A stretch of DNA of 64,000 bases from positions 9,383 through 73,382 of the forward strand of contig JACUUN010000001.1 in assembly GCA_014859265.1 (NCBI GenBank), given 5' to 3'. Below the pieces are notes generated by a model. That model worked only from the letters and a program-made list of their open reading frames with translations, was not told where the DNA came from and did no database searches. The translations under genes and the position numbers were made by a program. Positions 55,157 through 63,493 of the stretch are shown one piece after another; position 1 is the stretch's first letter, and each line of letters begins with the position of its first letter. The stretch is from Coriobacteriia bacterium. GTDB taxonomy: Bacteria; Actinomycetota; Coriobacteriia; Anaerosomatales; SLCP01.

Positions 55157-56443
55157 CTAGCGGTCCGCCGAGGCTACCGGCTCAGAACCGGCGATGCCCT
55201 GTGGCGGGGCAACGCGCGGCACCCAGTCGTAGCGGCGTGCGCCCGCGTAGTCTTTGCGGGCCGAGAGCCGGGAGATCTTGACGAAGTCACCGGTTCTCGG
55301 GGCGTGGATGAAGTAGTCGGCGCCCATGTAGATACCGACGTGGTAGATGGGAGAGCCGAAGAACACCACGTCACCCGGTTGCAGCGCCGCTGGGGCGATC
55401 TTCTGGCCGAGGAGGAACTGGCTGCCCGAGTAGTGAGGCAGGTTCACGCCGTGCTGGCGGAAGACGTAGAGCACCAATCCGGAGCAGTCGAAACCTGAGG
55501 GCGACTCGCCGCCCCAGAGGTAGGGCACGCCGTGGTAGGCAAGCGCGGTCTCAATCGGGGAACCCGGCTCGATGACCATGCCCGCCTCGGAGGCGCCGGA
55601 GAGGATCTGGCGGAGGAGTTCGCTCTCCTCGCGCTGGCGTCGCGCGGCCTCGGAGTCGAGCAGGTCGAGCAGGTCACCCTGTGCTTCGGCAAGCATCTGC
55701 TGGCGGTCCTGGATGCGAAGCATGATCTCGATCTGGCGGGCACGCAGCTCGAACTCGAGTGCCTCGGCCTCATGCTCAGCGTTCTCGAGGCGTGTCGCGG
55801 TCTCCTCCAGCAGCTCCTTTTGAGCAAGCAGGCTCTTGGCGACGTCGGCGTCGGCCATTCCCAGAGTGTTCAGGAACTTCAGGCGCGCAAGGAAGTCCGA
55901 TAGGGACTTGGCCTCGAGGACCATCTCGATGGCCGCGAACGAGCCGAGTTTGTAGATGCTCGTGGCGCGCTTACCGAGAAGCTCATTCTGCAGTTCGTAA
56001 GAGTGCTCGGCGTTGACCAGGTCCTCCTGGGCGACGGAGACACGCTGCTTGGTTGCGTTGAGGCGGTCGACCGCGGCGTTGTACTGTTCCGTCGCGATAG
56101 CGAGCTCCCGGTCGAGGAGGTCGAGCTGAGCAAGGAACTCGTCGAGCAGCGCCTGACGGCGGGCGAGCTCCTCACGGAAGCGCATGGTCTCGCGGTCGAT
56201 GGGCACGTCGACGGCATCCGGCTCTTCTTCAGCAGGCAGCGTGCGCGGTGCGACCGGCCCGGGTGGTACAGGAGAGGGCCCTGGCGTCGGCGCCGGAGAG
56301 GGGGTCGGTGAAGGAGCGGGCTCGGGTGAGGGCGTCGAGGTGGTTTCGGCCAGGGCCGCCACCGGCGAAGCGAGAAGGAGCGCCGCTGCGACAGCCAGTG
56401 AGCATGCACGATGTACGAACGAGAAGCGGGTCCCTGCGGTCAT
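55157..56443 (-). CDS. Coiled-coil NlpC/P60 family peptidoglycan hydrolase (CwlO/RipC-like architecture)
   Basis: Signal 'LAVAAALLLASPVAALA', a P/S/T linker and a long coiled coil. C-terminal 'YLWGGESPSGFDCSGLV' (catalytic Cys) and 'HVGIYMG'. I chose the start at ATG 56443. Confidence 0.85.
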   Translation of the reverse strand: MTAGTRFSFVHRACSLAVAAALLLASPVAALAETTSTPSPEPAPSPTPSPAPTPGPSPVPPGPVAPRTLPAEEEPDAVDVPIDRETMRFREELARRQALLDEFLAQLDLLDRELAIATEQYNAAVDRLNATKQRVSVAQEDLVNAEHSYELQNELLGKRATSIYKLGSFAAIEMVLEAKSLSDFLARLKFLNTLGMADADVAKSLLAQKELLEETATRLENAEHEAEALEFELRARQIEIMLRIQDRQQMLAEAQGDLLDLLDSEAARRQREESELLRQILSGASEAGMVIEPGSPIETALAYHGVPYLWGGESPSGFDCSGLVLYVFRQHGVNLPHYSGSQFLLGQKIAPAALQPGDVVFFGSPIYHVGIYMGADYFIHAPRTGDFVKISRLSARKDYAGARRYDWVPRVAPPQGIAGSEPVASADR

Positions 56444-56657
56444 TTCGCGCCTTCCGTGCCAGTGTCGGACCCGCCTGTGCTCCCGCATCGTCATGCCCCG
56501 GGCGCACACGGGCGAATCCAATTGGACAGTCTAACACGAAACAGATGCAAACCCCAGGCCAAACCCGCTGGTTGGGCGGGTCACACATCATCTCCACAAC
56601 GGGTAAGTAGGAGGAGGGTCCCGTCATGGGGCCGCCGCTGAGAGGAGGACGCTGACG

Positions 56658-57035
56658 ATGCCGCAGGCCGGATGGTGTGAAGGATGTAAGGCATACGTGT
56701 GGGTCGCCGAGAATCGCGGGTGCGTGAACGGCCACGACGCCGCGATGATTTCGGGCATCTACGAGGCCGAACCCGATAGGGGCGTCCTCGAGGAGGCGCT
56801 CGAATCCGCGCAGCGCGCGGCGGAACGCGCGGGCGAGGCGACGAAGCAGGCATGGGACGAGGCGAAGCCCTCGCTGAAGGAGGCGGGAGCGGCCGCCGAG
56901 AAGGCGGCCGAGGAATTCGCCGAGGGCCTCAAGCGGTTCGGTGAGGCAATCGCCGGTCGCACGCCGCGAGCATCAGACCCTGCACCGCCGTCCCCCGGGA
57001 TTCCTGGGGTGTCTGCCGGGGACGAGGAGCAGTGA
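56658..57035 (+). CDS. Hypothetical protein (Cys-rich N-terminus, A/E-rich helical body)
   Basis: 125-aa ORF. N-terminal 'CEGC...C.NGH', then apolipoprotein-like A/E/K helices and a Pro-rich tail. GAGGAGGA RBS present. Confidence 0.5.
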   Translation: MPQAGWCEGCKAYVWVAENRGCVNGHDAAMISGIYEAEPDRGVLEEALESAQRAAERAGEATKQAWDEAKPSLKEAGAAAEKAAEEFAEGLKRFGEAIAGRTPRASDPAPPSPGIPGVSAGDEEQ

Positions 57036-57123
57036 GCTGAGGCCACCTCGCACCGGAGCGCGTCGAGCGGTATTGTTGCATGAGAAGCAAACACTTCTGC
57101 ATACACCATCGGAAGGAGCGCGC

Positions 57124-58137
57124 ATGATCAAGGTCGCCGTGTGGGGGACGGGCATGATGGGGCAGGGCCTGCTGCGCTTCCTGCTCGACCGCCCGGATGA
57201 CATCGAGCTCGTCGGCGCGATCGTCACCAACCCCGCAAAGGAGGGCAAGACCGTCGGCGACTTGCTCGGCGACGATGCGTGTGACGTGCGGATGACGACC
57301 GCCGCCGCAGCCGTCCTCGCGAAGAAGCCGGACGTGGTGTGCATCTGCACGCAAAGCAACCTCGAGGAGATCACCGATCAGATCGAGCCAAGTATCCGGG
57401 CCGGCGCCAATGTGCTCTGCATCGCCGAGACGCTCGCCTATCCGTGGGCGACCGACGCCGAGTGGGCCGAGCGTGTCGACGAGATCGCGCGCGAACACGG
57501 CGTCTCCGTGCTCGGCACCGGCATCAATCCCGGCTTCATCCTCGACGCGCTTATCGTGATGTGGACCTCGGTCTGCCTGCGCGTCGACCGCATCGAGGCG
57601 CGACGCGTGAACGACCTCTCGCCCTTCGGCCCCACGGTCATGGCGAGCCAGGGCGTGGGCACGACCGTCGAGGAGTTCGAACGCGGGGTCACCGACGGGA
57701 CGATCGTCGGCCACATCGGCTTCCCCGAGTCCATCCACCTTATCGCGCGGGCGCTCGGCTGGGAGATCGACGAGATCGTCGAGACCCGCGAGCCCATCGT
57801 GAGCACCGTCGAGCGCTCCACACCGCACGTGCGTGTGGCGCCGGGTGACGTCGCCGGCTGCCAGCACATCGGCCGGGGTTACAGCAAAGGCGAGATCAAG
57901 ATCGAGCTCGTGCACCCGCAGCAGATTCACCCGCACCTCGAGGGCGCGGACACCGGCGACTACATCCGCGTGATCGGCGACCCCGAGGTCAACATGGCCA
58001 ACACGCCTGAGATTCCCGGGGGCAAGGGAACGTACGCGAGCACGGGCAACTACATCCCGCTCATCGTGCCCGCTCCCGCAGGGCTGCTGACCGTGGTGGA
58101 CCTGCCGCTGCCCCGCTTCTGGGCGCCCACAGCGTAG
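57124..58137 (+). CDS. ord: 2,4-diaminopentanoate dehydrogenase-like NAD(P) amine dehydrogenase
   Basis: Rossmann N-terminus 'IKVAVWGTGMMGQ' and DapB-like fold. Adjacent to ortA/ortB, as in ornithine-fermentation clusters. Confidence 0.8.
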   Translation: MIKVAVWGTGMMGQGLLRFLLDRPDDIELVGAIVTNPAKEGKTVGDLLGDDACDVRMTTAAAAVLAKKPDVVCICTQSNLEEITDQIEPSIRAGANVLCIAETLAYPWATDAEWAERVDEIAREHGVSVLGTGINPGFILDALIVMWTSVCLRVDRIEARRVNDLSPFGPTVMASQGVGTTVEEFERGVTDGTIVGHIGFPESIHLIARALGWEIDEIVETREPIVSTVERSTPHVRVAPGDVAGCQHIGRGYSKGEIKIELVHPQQIHPHLEGADTGDYIRVIGDPEVNMANTPEIPGGKGTYASTGNYIPLIVPAPAGLLTVVDLPLPRFWAPTA

Positions 58138-58152
58138 AGGGAGGCAGGCGAG

Positions 58153-58476
58153 ATGGCAGGGGAACGCTGCACGATCGGACAGTGGGTGGAGGTCGAGCGC
58201 GTCCTGCTCGAGCCCGTCGACCGGGCCGCGAACCTGCCGGAGGACACGGCGGCCGAACCGCTGCTGGTCTGGGTGAAGGGTTTCGCGCTTGGCGAGGCGG
58301 CGCTCGGCGAGGAGTGCGAGGTCGAGACGGCGACCGGGCGCATCGTGCGCGGCCGCCTCTCCGACCTCGACCCGGCCTACACGCACACCTTCGGCTCCCA
58401 GCCGCCCGAGATAGCGTGCGTGGGGCGGGACCTGCGGGCCCGGCTCGCGGAGTACCGCGCGAAGGCGGGTGGGTGA
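58153..58476 (+). CDS. ortA: 2-amino-4-ketopentanoate thiolase alpha subunit
   Basis: 107-aa protein directly upstream of, and overlapping, the PLP subunit. Size and context fit OrtA. Confidence 0.75.
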   Translation: MAGERCTIGQWVEVERVLLEPVDRAANLPEDTAAEPLLVWVKGFALGEAALGEECEVETATGRIVRGRLSDLDPAYTHTFGSQPPEIACVGRDLRARLAEYRAKAGG

Positions 58477-59893
58477 CGTGGCCGGGCGCACCGAGGCCAT
58501 CATGGCGCGCAAGGGCGAGATCATGCGCCGCGCGCTCGGCATGGACTACGCTGAGTTCGAACGCACCCCGATCGCGTTCGACTACGAGGCTCTCATGGGG
58601 GCGCACGGCTACTCACTCGAAGATATCGTCGCCATCCAGGCTGCTGCGGGAGTCGGCTCCACGCCCCTGCTCGAGCTGCGCAACCTCACCGACCTCGTGC
58701 GGTCTTTCGCAGAGTCCGGGCTCGGCGCGCGCATCTTCGTGAAGGACGAGGCTGCGAACATGGCGGGCTCGTTCAAGGACCGCCGGGCGTCCATGAGCAC
58801 CCACGTTGCGCGTGAGAAGGGCTACGCGGGTGTGATTGCCGCGACCTCGGGCAACTACGGCGCGGCGGTGGCGAGCCAGGCGGCCCGCGCGAGTCTGAAG
58901 TGCATCATCTGTCAGGAGGCGTTCGACAGCACGCATCTCGGCCAGCCCGAGATCATCGAAAAAGCGCGGCTGTGCGAAGCGTTCGGCGCCGAGGTCGTGC
59001 AGATGACGGTGGGCCCGGAACTCTTCGCCCACATGCTCGAGCTGCTCGACGAGACTGGATACTTCGCCGCCTCGCTCTACTCGAGCTTCGGGGTCTCGGG
59101 AATCGAGACGCTCGGCTACGAGATCGCCGAGGAGATGCGGGAGAGCACCGGCGCGCCGCCGACGCACGTCGTCATCACGCACGCGGGAGGCGGCAACACC
59201 ACCGGCACCGCTCGTGGCCTGAAGCGCGCGGGCGCGACGAAGACCGAGATTGTGAGCGCGAGCGTGGACCTCTCCGGCCTGCACATGGCGAGCGATGCCG
59301 ACTTCAACCGCAAGTCGTTCACGACCGGGCACACTGGTTTCGGCGTGCCGTTCGCGACGTGGCCCGACCGTGCCGACGTGCCGCGCAACGCCGCGCGCTC
59401 GCTGCGCTACATGGACCGCTACCTCACGGTCTCGCAGGGTGAGGTCTTCTACGTGACCGAGGCCCTCGCCAAGCTTGAGGGTCTCGAGCGGGGGCCTGCG
59501 GGCAACACGGCGATAGCGGCTGCGATGTCGCTCGCGCGCGACCTGCCTCGCGAGGCGACGGTGATCGTGCAGGAGACCGAGTACACGGGCGCGGGCAAAC
59601 ATCACTGGGCCCAGCTCAACTTCGCACGCGAGCGTGGCGTGGAAGTGCGCGCGGGCGACCCGCGCGAGAACGTGCCGGGTAAGGCGATCGTCATCCCCGA
59701 GGTGCCGGAGCAGATCCGCGCGACCGAGATGGACCTCGGCCGGATGCGTCGCAGTTACGTGCGTAACGCGCTTGCTCACGCGCCGGAAGGCTACGAGCTG
59801 ACGGCGGAGGACGTCGAGTTCCTCGCGGCGGACACTAACACGACGCCGGAGACGCTCGAGGAGATCGTCGCCGCGCTGCGGGCGGGGGAGTGA
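58469..59893 (+). CDS. ortB: 2-amino-4-ketopentanoate thiolase beta subunit (fold-type II PLP enzyme)
   Basis: 'AANMAGSFKDRRA' (PLP Lys) and 'ATSGNYGAAVA'. The start is ambiguous (GTG 58469, GTG 58478 or ATG 58502). Confidence 0.8.
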   Translation: MGDVAGRTEAIMARKGEIMRRALGMDYAEFERTPIAFDYEALMGAHGYSLEDIVAIQAAAGVGSTPLLELRNLTDLVRSFAESGLGARIFVKDEAANMAGSFKDRRASMSTHVAREKGYAGVIAATSGNYGAAVASQAARASLKCIICQEAFDSTHLGQPEIIEKARLCEAFGAEVVQMTVGPELFAHMLELLDETGYFAASLYSSFGVSGIETLGYEIAEEMRESTGAPPTHVVITHAGGGNTTGTARGLKRAGATKTEIVSASVDLSGLHMASDADFNRKSFTTGHTGFGVPFATWPDRADVPRNAARSLRYMDRYLTVSQGEVFYVTEALAKLEGLERGPAGNTAIAAAMSLARDLPREATVIVQETEYTGAGKHHWAQLNFARERGVEVRAGDPRENVPGKAIVIPEVPEQIRATEMDLGRMRRSYVRNALAHAPEGYELTAEDVEFLAADTNTTPETLEEIVAALRAGE

Positions 59894-59913
59894 GGGGCGT
59901 GTGCTCCGCGACG

Positions 59914-60327
59914 CTAGAGCAGCCGTATCTCTACGGGGGTGTCGATGCCGGCGAAGGCTTTCCGGTCTGCGGTGATGAGCGGGCAACGCAGCTCCTCAGC
60001 CAATGCGAGGAAGAGCGCGTCGTAGATTGCCACTCTATGTTTCCGCGCCAGTTGAGATGTCCTTTGGAGTTGGCCAGTGCCAGTGTAGTAGAGGAGCAAT
60101 CTGGCGCTCTCGAGAAGGTCGAGGATCTCATTCGTCTGTTCGAGGGGGAGTTGCGAGTGGAGCAAGGTGTTCGCGATCTCGACCGGCAGTATCGTGGGAG
60201 CGGAGATAATCCGCGTGCCTTCAAGATGGGACCGAAGCAGTTCCTCGGCCTCTTTGAGACCAGTCTCGTCCTCTTTGTAGAACCACTTGTAGGCGACGCA
60301 TGAGTCGACAACCACTTGGATACTCAT
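59914..60327 (-). CDS. vapC: PIN-domain ribonuclease toxin
   Basis: 'VVVDSCVAYKW' (first acidic residue), 'PTILPVEIANTL' and 'LITADRKAF' are PIN signatures. ATGA overlap with the upstream small ORF. Visibly lower GC than the flanks. Confidence 0.85.
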   Translation of the reverse strand: MSIQVVVDSCVAYKWFYKEDETGLKEAEELLRSHLEGTRIISAPTILPVEIANTLLHSQLPLEQTNEILDLLESARLLLYYTGTGQLQRTSQLARKHRVAIYDALFLALAEELRCPLITADRKAFAGIDTPVEIRLL

Positions 60328-60497
60328 CGTTTCCACCCCTCGGGCGTGTCGCGCTCACGGTCTGCCCGAATCTGGGCGATGTAGTCGAACTCGTAGCCGA
60401 TAGGCGCCTTCTCGCGAATACGCTTGAAGCCGTCGATGTATCTGACCGCACTGACATCGTCCACCGTGAAGGAGGCGCAGATGGTCCGGCCTGACAC
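60324..60497 (-). CDS. vapB: Putative antitoxin (RHH-like small protein)
   Basis: Not in the ORF track because it is under 60 aa. My translation is VSGRTICASFTVDDVSAVRYIDGFKRIREKAPIGYEFDYIAQIRADRERDTPEGWKR*. Its stop overlaps the vapC ATG. An alternative GTG start lies at 60464. No clear SD sequence. Confidence 0.45.
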   Translation of the reverse strand: MSGRTICASFTVDDVSAVRYIDGFKRIREKAPIGYEFDYIAQIRADRERDTPEGWKR

Positions 60498-60843
60498 CTA
60501 TCAGGAGGTCCGCAAGCGCATTGCGGGGCTTTCGGACACCGAGCTGGAGGCGTACTTCTGGGAGCTCGGACGCCGGTGCGTCGACCCGCTCGTGGAGTTG
60601 GCGCGCACGCACACCTCGCCCTCGATCGAGCGCAGCGTGCTCATGCGCATGGGCGTGGACTCGCTGGCGTGCCAGGCCGTCGTAGCCGGGTGCGAGAAGC
60701 GCGGGCTGCTCGGTCACGGCGCCGGGCACGTCGTGCTCGTGCTCATGCGCGCGTGGGACTGCGACGCGCCCGAAGCGGCGCGCAGGCTAGCCGCGGGAGA
60801 AGGCTGGGAGGTAGCCGAGGCGAAGTGGGGTGGCGTCCGATGA
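60481..60843 (+). CDS. oraS: D-ornithine 4,5-aminomutase subunit S
   Basis: 120 aa. 'LSDTELEAYFWELGRRCVDPLVELARTHTSPSIERSVLMRMG' matches my recollection of OraS. GGAGG lies 5 nt before the ATG at 60481. Confidence 0.8.
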   Translation: MVRPDTYQEVRKRIAGLSDTELEAYFWELGRRCVDPLVELARTHTSPSIERSVLMRMGVDSLACQAVVAGCEKRGLLGHGAGHVVLVLMRAWDCDAPEAARRLAAGEGWEVAEAKWGGVR

Positions 60844-63101
60844 ACGAGACGCCACGCGGGCCGCTCGGCAGTCTGCCGCCCGATCCGCCACTCGACCCGA
60901 ACGAGAAGCTCGACATCGAGGCGCTGCTCGACGGCCTGGACCGCTATCGGCCGCGCCGTCGCGGCTGGACGTGGCGCGAGCGCGTCCCGGACCAGCGCAT
61001 CGGCGAGTTCGTCTACCACGAGACCTCCGCTCCGCTCGAGCGCGGCGTCCCGCTGCCGGCGGCGCACTATTTCGGCGACATCGACCCGCAGCCGGACTGC
61101 GTCATCACCACCGAGATCGCCTCGGGCCGGCCCGAGGACGACGTCCGCCGCATGCGCATGGCCGCCTGGCACGGCGCAGACCACGTCATGGTGATCCGCA
61201 CCGCTGGGCAGAGCCACATCGACGGCTTGCTCGAGGGTACGCCCGAGGGCGTGGGCGGCATCGCGATCACCCGCAAGCAGCTGCGCCTCACGCGCCGTGC
61301 GCTCGATCTCATCGAGGACGAGGTCGGCCGGCCCATCGACTTCCACTCCTACGTGAGCGGGGTGGCTTGGCCCGAAATGGCGGTCCTCTTCGCCGAGGAA
61401 GGCGTGAACGGCGCGCACCAGGATCCGCAGTACAACGTGCTCTACCGCAACATCAACATGTACCGGAGCTTCGTGGACGCGGCCGTGGCCAAGCACATCA
61501 TGGCCGCCGCCGGCATCCTGCAGATCGACGGGGCGCACAACGCGAACGCCACCGCAGTGCGCGCGTGGAAGGTCATGCCCGAGCTGCTCGTGCAGCACGC
61601 TATCAACTGCGCATACTCCGAGGCGGTCGGTATGCCGAAGGACCGCATCGCGCTCTCGACAGTCCCTCCGGACGCTCCGCCTGCGCCGTGCATGCGGATG
61701 GACTTGCCCTACGCGATCGCGCTGCGCGACCTCTTCGGCGAGTACAAGATGCGTGCGCAGCAGAACACGCGCTATATGGAGTCCGACGCGCGCGAGGCCA
61801 CGGTCTCACACGTCATGAACCTGCTCGTCTCGCGGCTCACCTCGGCAGACATCCAGTCGACGATCACGCCCGATGAGGGGCGCAACGTGCCGTGGCACTA
61901 CAACAACGTCGCGGCGGTGGAGACCGCCAAGCAGTCGCTCGTCGGCATGGACGGGCTGCGCGAGATGGTGCGAGTGGACCGCGAGGCCCCCGAACTGAAG
62001 GCCCGCGTACGCGAGATCAAGGAGCGCGCGGTGCTCTTTCTCGAGGGGATGCTCGCCGACGGCGGGTACTTCGCGGGCGTCGAGGACGCGTACTTCGTCG
62101 ACTCGGGCGAATACCCCGAAACGCATGACGACGGGATCGCGCGTCAGAGCGACGGCGGGGTGGCCTCCGACACGATCGTGCCGAGGGCCGACGACTACCT
62201 GGCACCGGTATGCCATCACTTCGGCGAGAACCACCTGCCGGAGGGATACCGGGGCCGCCTGCACGGCGAGAACGCGCCGTGCGAACTCGTCGACGGGTGC
62301 ACCATCTGCGAGGATGCCAAGGTCCCCTATATCGACGAGCTTGACCCGACCGACAACGTCAACGAGCGGCTGGCAGCCACAGCCGAGTTGCGCGAGCGTG
62401 GGCTCATCAAGCCCGAGGTCGAGTGGGCGGGCGACGGCGTGGTGGTCGTGACGATGTTCCTGCCCGCTGCCGCCGACGTGGCCGAGGCGGCCGCGCTCGA
62501 GCTCGGCCGGGCGATGAGCCTCACCGAGTGCGAGGTCATCCACAAGCGCGTCATGCACCCTGCCGAGGGGACGCTCTGCGAGCTGAAGGGCCGTCTCGAC
62601 GTCGCCATCGACCTTGCGACGCTCGTGATCCCCGAGCCGCCCGAGGTGCTCTCCGACGAGGAGATCCGCGAGTTCGTGGCCGAGCGGGAGCTGAAGGTGG
62701 TCGCGGCCACCGTGGGCAACGACGAACACTCGGTGGGCATGCGCGAGATTCTCGACATCAAGCACGGCGGGCTCGAGAAGTGGGGCTTTTCCGTGGAGTA
62801 CCTCGGCACGAGTGTGCCCATCGAGAAGGTGCTCGACGCGGCGACTGAGCACGCGGCCTCGGCGGTGCTCATCTCGACGATCATCACGCACGGCGAGATC
62901 CACCGTCTCATGATGCAGAAGCTTGCCGACCTCGCCGCCGAGAAGGGCGTGCGCAACCGGTTGCTGCTCATCAGCGGCGGGACGCAGGTGACCGACGAGC
63001 TCGCGTGCTCGTGGGGGATGGATGCTGGGTTCGGTCGCAAGACCAAGGGTATCGATGTGGCGAGTTTCATCGTGAGGACGATGCGCGAGCGGGAGGTGTA
63101 G
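60840..63101 (+). CDS. oraE: D-ornithine 4,5-aminomutase subunit E (PLP/adenosylcobalamin)
   Basis: 753 aa. TIM-barrel part 'MVIRTAGQSHIDGL'. C-terminal B12-binding Rossmann domain with a DxHxxG motif ('NDEHSVG'). ATGA overlap with oraS. Confidence 0.85.
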   Translation: MNETPRGPLGSLPPDPPLDPNEKLDIEALLDGLDRYRPRRRGWTWRERVPDQRIGEFVYHETSAPLERGVPLPAAHYFGDIDPQPDCVITTEIASGRPEDDVRRMRMAAWHGADHVMVIRTAGQSHIDGLLEGTPEGVGGIAITRKQLRLTRRALDLIEDEVGRPIDFHSYVSGVAWPEMAVLFAEEGVNGAHQDPQYNVLYRNINMYRSFVDAAVAKHIMAAAGILQIDGAHNANATAVRAWKVMPELLVQHAINCAYSEAVGMPKDRIALSTVPPDAPPAPCMRMDLPYAIALRDLFGEYKMRAQQNTRYMESDAREATVSHVMNLLVSRLTSADIQSTITPDEGRNVPWHYNNVAAVETAKQSLVGMDGLREMVRVDREAPELKARVREIKERAVLFLEGMLADGGYFAGVEDAYFVDSGEYPETHDDGIARQSDGGVASDTIVPRADDYLAPVCHHFGENHLPEGYRGRLHGENAPCELVDGCTICEDAKVPYIDELDPTDNVNERLAATAELRERGLIKPEVEWAGDGVVVVTMFLPAAADVAEAAALELGRAMSLTECEVIHKRVMHPAEGTLCELKGRLDVAIDLATLVIPEPPEVLSDEEIREFVAERELKVVAATVGNDEHSVGMREILDIKHGGLEKWGFSVEYLGTSVPIEKVLDAATEHAASAVLISTIITHGEIHRLMMQKLADLAAEKGVRNRLLLISGGTQVTDELACSWGMDAGFGRKTKGIDVASFIVRTMREREV

Positions 63102-63109
63102 GGGTGGTC

Positions 63110-63493
63110 CTACCGGCTGCGTTCCGTCTCGTCCGCGTCGAACTCGGCGCGCACGATGTCGCGTATCTCGATGAGGCGCGGGACTAGCTTCGGCAGGTCG
63201 AGGTCGATGATTCGACGGATCGCATGCCAGTCGATGCCCTCATAGTGATGGACGACGCGATCACGGGTCTGAGCCATCCTGTTCCACGGGATGTCATCGA
63301 ATCGCTCACATGCCTCTGGGGACAGCCGCTTGGCAGCCTCTCCCATGAAGACGAGATTCCACATGAGCATCTCGTTCAGGGCGCGATTCCGTCCGTCATA
63401 GTCGTCCGGGAGGTCGTTTCCGAGTTCGACGAGTCGATGAGCTGCGGTGAGAACGTCGTCCAATAGAAGTGACTCGTCACGTGGACCAGACAT
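63110..63493 (-). CDS. hepT: HepT-like (DUF86) ribonuclease toxin
   Basis: RX4HXY-type motif 'RDRVVHHYEGID'. 127 aa. Its start lies inside the 3' end of the upstream MNT gene. Confidence 0.85.
   Translation of the reverse strand: MSGPRDESLLLDDVLTAAHRLVELGNDLPDDYDGRNRALNEMLMWNLVFMGEAAKRLSPEACERFDDIPWNRMAQTRDRVVHHYEGIDWHAIRRIIDLDLPKLVPRLIEIRDIVRAEFDADETERSR

Noticed and set aside
56444-56657. Possible c-di-AMP (ydaO-type) riboswitch upstream of the cell-wall hydrolase genes. I also checked 4629-4710, 28443-28516 and 18924-18972.
   Set aside because: I could not find the conserved ydaO cores (GGGGUGAAUC, AGCUAACCUCG, ACGGGGA..CCCA pairs) on the relevant strand, and three of the four leaders are too short. 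A covariance-model scan would be needed to exclude it formally.
60424-60480. 19-aa N-terminal extension of oraS ('MKPSMYLTALTSSTVKEAQ').
   Set aside because: The ATG at 60481 is preceded by GGAGG at optimal spacing and matches the expected OraS N-terminus and length. The extension would overlap the antitoxin ORF.
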